A stretch of 64,000 bases of DNA from contig CAXXQS010000001.1 of the NCBI GenBank assembly GCA_963674735.2, forward strand, positions 2,304,001-2,368,000. The letters are read 5' to 3'. Shown here piece after piece: positions 59,534-64,000 of this stretch. The DNA comes from Myxococcota bacterium (GTDB lineage: Bacteria > Myxococcota_A > SURF-8). Within the stretch, counting starts at the first letter, position 1. Every line of letters starts with the position of its first letter. Both the position numbers and the translations under genes were made by a program. The notes beneath the pieces were generated by a model. The model saw only the letters and a list, made by a program, of their open reading frames with translations, did not search any database and had not been told where the DNA came from.

Positions 59534-60469
59534 TTATTTTACAGAAGACCGGGCTCGTTCTCCCTGGCGGGTGCCGCGCTCTTGAAAACCGTTTTCCACT
59601 CCGGCGATAATCTGATTTTTCAAATCCCACCATTGCGGAGCCACCAACAAAGCACGCGGCGAGTCGGCCACCAGACGCTGCACTTTGATGCGCCAGGGCA
59701 GAAGTTCCAGGCAGTCGAGCAAAACCGGCAGGTAATCATCGAACGTCTCGAAAATCGGCACTTCTCCCTGGTAAAAAGGCAATTCCAGGGCGGAACCGCG
59801 ATAAACCTGCAAGTGATGAATTTTAATGGAGTCCAGGGGCAAGTCCGCCAAACGGCGGAAGGTTTCGCGCATCATCTCGGGCGTTTCGCCGGGTAGCCCT
59901 AAAATAACGTGGACGGCCACCGGGATGCCACGTTGGTGCGTCATCTCCACGGCCTTCACGAAATCGGCGTAGGTATGCCCCCGGTTGATGCGTTTGAGGG
60001 TGGTATCGTGAACGGATTGCAAGCCGTATTCGATGAAAACCGGTTTACGCCAGCTTCGCCCGGCCAGAACGTCCATCAGCGGCTCCGAGACGAAGTCGGG
60101 ACGGGTGGAAATCACCACCCCCTTCACCCGTGGATGGCGAAAAGCCTCGTCATAACGCGCAATCAACCATTCATGTTCACCGGCTGTGTTGGTCTCGTTC
60201 TGGAAATAGGCGAGGAACAAGTCCGTGTGGTAACGCGGTCCCAACGCCAGCACTCCGGCGTCGATCTGATTGGTGATCGACCCCAAAGATCGTACGCGCT
60301 CGGACATAATGACTCCCGGGCGGCAGAACAGACAGCCCGGCGGGTTGGCATGTCGGTGCGGACACGGCAGCCCCAGATCCAACGAGATCTTGGCCACACG
60401 ACCGCCGAAACGCAAACGCAAATAGGCGTTGTAGGAATTAAAATGGGTGGGAGCGGGTGTACTCGGCAT
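59534..60469 (-). CDS. TIGR01212 (YhcC-like) radical SAM protein
   Basis: CPHR.....GCLFC, AYFQ..TNT, STRPD, EYGLQS, INRGH, HVILGLPGE, IKIHHL. Confidence 0.93.
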   Translation of the reverse strand: MPSTPAPTHFNSYNAYLRLRFGGRVAKISLDLGLPCPHRHANPPGCLFCRPGVIMSERVRSLGSITNQIDAGVLALGPRYHTDLFLAYFQNETNTAGEHEWLIARYDEAFRHPRVKGVVISTRPDFVSEPLMDVLAGRSWRKPVFIEYGLQSVHDTTLKRINRGHTYADFVKAVEMTHQRGIPVAVHVILGLPGETPEMMRETFRRLADLPLDSIKIHHLQVYRGSALELPFYQGEVPIFETFDDYLPVLLDCLELLPWRIKVQRLVADSPRALLVAPQWWDLKNQIIAGVENGFQERGTRQGERARSSVK

Positions 60470-60983
60470 AATCGATCCGTATCAATAGAATCGGGGATAA
60501 GCCCAACAAAACCAAGACGTACCATTTGCCTTCGTGCTGAACCAGCCGATTGATGTGCACGCGATACCCCTCATCGGCCGAAACCGCCGTGCCTTCGATA
60601 TACGGAAGCGTCATATCGGGCAAGGTTCCGACCATGGTTCCTTCATCTTCCACGTCGAAACCGGCAAACAGCGCCGCCGAATCCTGCAACATGGTATACA
60701 TGCCGTTCTGGGCATCCTGCTTGAGTTTCTGGCAGACACCGATGGTGCCTTCCTGCCCCAGCAGCGATTCCGGGAAATAAGCCAGGATGTTTTCCTGACC
60801 GAAGTACAAGGGGCTGGCGCAGGTAAAATCGCCAGCTTTCATTTCCTCAAACAGCAATTCGGCCGTTCCTTCCGGGGTGGTCTGATCGGGCGTTTCCGCC
60901 TCTTCATCCTCACCGTCGGAACCACAGGCCAACAACAACATCGCCGCCATCACCAGCGTCATCCAGCGCATCCAATACAGCAT
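60438..60983 (-). CDS. Hypothetical lipoprotein
   Basis: Lipobox LLAC followed by acidic linker; 32-nt overlap with the next gene. Confidence 0.7.
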   Translation of the reverse strand: MLYWMRWMTLVMAAMLLLACGSDGEDEEAETPDQTTPEGTAELLFEEMKAGDFTCASPLYFGQENILAYFPESLLGQEGTIGVCQKLKQDAQNGMYTMLQDSAALFAGFDVEDEGTMVGTLPDMTLPYIEGTAVSADEGYRVHINRLVQHEGKWYVLVLLGLSPILLIRIDYAEYTRSHPF

Positions 60984-61072
60984 TGAAGCCTTCCGCGTTT
61001 TTTAGATTGACAAGTTCGCTCAGCTTTCTAGACTAACAGACGCAGCACGCATTTCCAAAGGGAGGACCATCC

Positions 61073-61471
61073 ATGCCGCATCGCCACATCATCCTCGTCG
61101 CCGCTCTGGCATTCGCCATTCTCACGGTAACGGGCTGTCTGGGCCGAGATCAGAATTTGAAGAAGCTCGACGACTCCATCCGATCGTACCACACCGCCAT
61201 GCAGTACAAGCAGCTCGACAGGGCTTCGAAAATGATGGATGCCAAACTGGTCGCCACATTCTACGAAACCATGGAACCCGAACTGCAGGTGAAAAGCATC
61301 ACCGATTTTCAAATTCGCAAAGTGACCGCCGACGAAGAAACGGAAGAAGCCGAAGTGGTCATCATCCGCGAAACCTACGACACGTCCAGCTACGAAGTTC
61401 GCCGCGAAGTCGCAACCCAACACTGGGAAAAGGGTGAAAAAGACTGGCGCTTGATGGGTGGCGATTTTTAA
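61073..61471 (+). CDS. Hypothetical lipoprotein
   Basis: GGAGG RBS; lipobox VTGC. Confidence 0.75.
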   Translation: MPHRHIILVAALAFAILTVTGCLGRDQNLKKLDDSIRSYHTAMQYKQLDRASKMMDAKLVATFYETMEPELQVKSITDFQIRKVTADEETEEAEVVIIRETYDTSSYEVRREVATQHWEKGEKDWRLMGGDF

Positions 61472-61504
61472 TCGTTCACACCGCCCGCCGCCACCTTCCG
61501 CGAC

Positions 61505-61924
61505 TTAGAACGGAATATCGTCGTCTTTGTCGTTCATACCGCCGCCGAAATCCTCTTCGGGGGGAGGCGGCTCGTTGCTCGAACGCTGACCGCCACCGCG
61601 TGCACCGCCGATGAACTGCACATCGCGCGCCACGATTTCGGTGGTATAGCGGTCCTGGCCGTTGCGATCCTGCCATTTGCGCGTTTGCAGGCGTCCTTCG
61701 AGGAAAACCTCGCGGCCCTTCGACAGATACTCCGCGCTGACCTCGCCTTTACGCCCCCAAACCACGATACGGTGCCATTCGGTGCGTTCCTGGCGATCAT
61801 CACCGGTACCCCAGCTTTCGCTGGTGGCCATGTTAAACGTGCATACCGCTTGTCCGCTTTGGGTATACCGCAACTCGGGGTCCGCTCCCAGACGTCCGAG
61901 CAAAATAACCTTGTTAACACTCAT
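61505..61924 (-). CDS. ssb: Single-stranded DNA-binding protein
   Basis: [35 protein letters not shown]; C-terminal DDDIPF. Confidence 0.97.
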   Translation of the reverse strand: MSVNKVILLGRLGADPELRYTQSGQAVCTFNMATSESWGTGDDRQERTEWHRIVVWGRKGEVSAEYLSKGREVFLEGRLQTRKWQDRNGQDRYTTEIVARDVQFIGGARGGGQRSSNEPPPPEEDFGGGMNDKDDDIPF

Positions 61925-62096
61925 TGACCCAATCCTCCAACTGGTAAGATGGGGCATCATACCATCTAGCCGGGGCATGTCAAGAGATGGAATTTCACCG
62001 ATTACAGACAATAATAACGGTTTTGTGATTGGGATTCCGCGATCTTTTCGCTATAATGAATGGTTGTTGAATACGAGTCTTACAACCGAGGGACGC

Positions 62097-63038
62097 ATGG
62101 GAATTGAAAAACTTTTCAAACGACGGCTCCAGTTTTTCACCGGCAAAGGCGGTGTGGGCAAATCCACCGTGGTGGCCGCACTGGGAATCAAGGCCGTACA
62201 GATGGGTAAACGTGTCCTGATCGTGGAAATCGATACCGCCTCGGCCATGAAGCGTATTTTCCAAGCCCCCTTCGTCGGCTTCGTGCCCCTGGAAGTGCTC
62301 GACAACCTGGTGGTGATCAACATCAACCCCGAAGAAGCTCTGCAGGAATACCTCGAAGAGCACGTGCGCATCCGCCGCATCGCTCATCTCATCGCCAATA
62401 ACGGCGTTCTGCGTTACTTTTTCAAAACGGCCCCGGCCGTCAACGAACTGGTTACCATCAACAAACTTCAAAGTCTCGTCAACGAACGCGACACGGCCGG
62501 AACCGCGCCGCTGTACGACCTGATCCTGGTCGATCTGCCCGCCACTGGCCACGCATTGAGTTTTCTCAAATTGACGCGCAACCTGGAGCATTTAGTGGGC
62601 AAAGGTCCGCTGTTTAAAATCTTGCTGCGCTATGACCGTCTGTTCAACGACCCGGCCCACACCGCGCTCAACCTGATCACACTGCCCGAAGATATGCCGG
62701 TGACGGAGACCATCGAGTTATACGACACCATCCGCCGAGAACTGGAAATTCCCTTCGGTGCGCTGTTCGTCAATGCCGTACCCGATGAGTTGTTCGATCC
62801 GGCCGACATCCTTCTGTTCGAACGCCTCGAAGAAGCGGCGGAACATATGCCGGAGTTCGCCGCCGCCTTCGAAACGGGACGCGCCGCCATCCAGCGCCAG
62901 AAACGCAGCCATAAACATATCGAGCGGCTGGCCAGGCGTGTGGGGCTCGATCTGGTTCGCTTGCCCAAGCTGGTACTTGAACGGCTGGATCTGGAAGCCC
63001 TGCAACAATTGGCGCGCGCCATACCCGGCCCGGCCTGA
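62097..63038 (+). CDS. ArsA/Get3-family P-loop ATPase (1)
   Basis: TGKGGVGKST, VDLPATGH, LPEDMPVTET. Confidence 0.9.
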   Translation: MGIEKLFKRRLQFFTGKGGVGKSTVVAALGIKAVQMGKRVLIVEIDTASAMKRIFQAPFVGFVPLEVLDNLVVININPEEALQEYLEEHVRIRRIAHLIANNGVLRYFFKTAPAVNELVTINKLQSLVNERDTAGTAPLYDLILVDLPATGHALSFLKLTRNLEHLVGKGPLFKILLRYDRLFNDPAHTALNLITLPEDMPVTETIELYDTIRRELEIPFGALFVNAVPDELFDPADILLFERLEEAAEHMPEFAAAFETGRAAIQRQKRSHKHIERLARRVGLDLVRLPKLVLERLDLEALQQLARAIPGPA

Positions 63039-63055
63039 AACGAAATCAAGATAAG

Positions 63056-64000
63056 ATGGGAGATACTGTGAGTCTGAACGACTTGATCCTGAATAAACGA
63101 TTGATCGTCTGCTGCGGTTCCGGCGGAGTCGGTAAAACGACCACGGCAGCGGCCATCGCGCTCAAAGCCGCCGTTTCCGGTCGTAAAACACTGGTCATTA
63201 CCATCGACCCGGCCCGCCGCTTGGCGCAATCTTTGGGACTCGAAGCGCTCAGCAATACCGAAACCGCCGTCGCTCCCGAACGATTCGAGAAGGCGGGACT
63301 CGCCGTTTCGGGTCAGCTTTTCGCCGCCATGCTCGACACCAAAGCGAGTTTCGATGCCCTGATCGAGCGCATCACCTCCAGCCCCGAGCAGGCAAAGCGT
63401 ATCCTCGAAAACCCCATTTACCGTCAGCTTTCCAATGCCATCGCCGGTTCGCAGGAATACGTGGCTATGGAACGGCTCAACGAAATGATGAACGAGCGCG
63501 ATTTCGATCTGGTCGTTCTCGATACCCCGCCCACCAAAAACGCCCTTGATTTCCTCAACGCCCCCAACCGGCTGGCGGCCTTTCTGGATGACGGCATCGT
63601 GAAATGGTTCCAGAAATCGAGTAAATCCGGCATGGGTTCGCTGCTTTTCCAAAAAGGCGGCGAGGTGGTGTTCAAACTGCTCGGCTTGTTAGTCGGCGAC
63701 GGCTTCGTGCGCGACCTGGCCGAGTTCTTCCAGGCGTTCAGCGGGCTCTACAGCGGATTTCGTGAACGCGCCGAACGGGTCAACCTCCTGCTGCGCGATC
63801 CCTCCACCGTCTTCCTGCTGGTCACCTCGGTCGAGCAGAACGCCCTGGCGGAAGCTTTGTACTTTCACGACCGTCTGATCGAAGCGGGCATCCCTCTGGA
63901 AGCGGTGGTCGTCAACCGCGCCTACGAGCCCACGGGCGAAACCGACATTGACCCGGTAGCGCTTTCCGATTACCTGGCCGGCGATACCGTCCGCGCCGCC
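63056..64000 (+). CDS. ArsA/Get3-family P-loop ATPase (2), truncated by window end
   Basis: Manual translation: CCGSGGVGKTT, TIDPARRLAQSLG, MLDTK, GSQEYVAME, VLDTPP...ALDFL.AP. Confidence 0.9.
   Translation, partial: MGDTVSLNDLILNKRLIVCCGSGGVGKTTTAAAIALKAAVSGRKTLVITIDPARRLAQSLGLEALSNTETAVAPERFEKAGLAVSGQLFAAMLDTKASFDALIERITSSPEQAKRILENPIYRQLSNAIAGSQEYVAMERLNEMMNERDFDLVVLDTPPTKNALDFLNAPNRLAAFLDDGIVKWFQKSSKSGMGSLLFQKGGEVVFKLLGLLVGDGFVRDLAEFFQAFSGLYSGFRERAERVNLLLRDPSTVFLLVTSVEQNALAEALYFHDRLIEAGIPLEAVVVNRAYEPTGETDIDPVALSDYLAGDTVRAA

Noticed and set aside
61662-62096. N-terminal extension of the ArsA-like ORF
   Set aside because: Overlaps ssb antisense; the likely start is ATG 62097 after GAGGG.

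Overview
GC-rich bacterial chromosomal window. Gene style (Asp-Gly-Asp-repeat and Cys-rich lipoproteins, sigma54 promoter, paired ArsA-like ATPases, TIGR00266 triplet) suggests a Deltaproteobacteria/Myxococcota-like organism (inference). It is mostly housekeeping and signalling genes: argS, dacB, rocD, folC, secA, Hsp33-like, mnmG, feoAB, ssb, a CHASE2 adenylate cyclase and two-component genes. Two AT-rich accessory islets interrupt it, both bracketed by extragenic palindromic repeats. The most notable locus is 18.3-20.3 kb. It holds a 121-nt RNA gene with both ends of a tmRNA (G3.U alanine acceptor stem, CCA end) but no room for a tag reading frame. This is followed by integrase arm-like repeats, an orphan 2TM/beta-barrel (Cap15-like) gene, a hexapeptide acyltransferase and an unannotated tyrosine-integrase C-terminal remnant. 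The second islet (31.5-33.8 kb) carries a voltage-gated channel with a CavMr-like filter and an orphan HsdR-N nuclease. All calls are from visual motif recognition; no searches were run.
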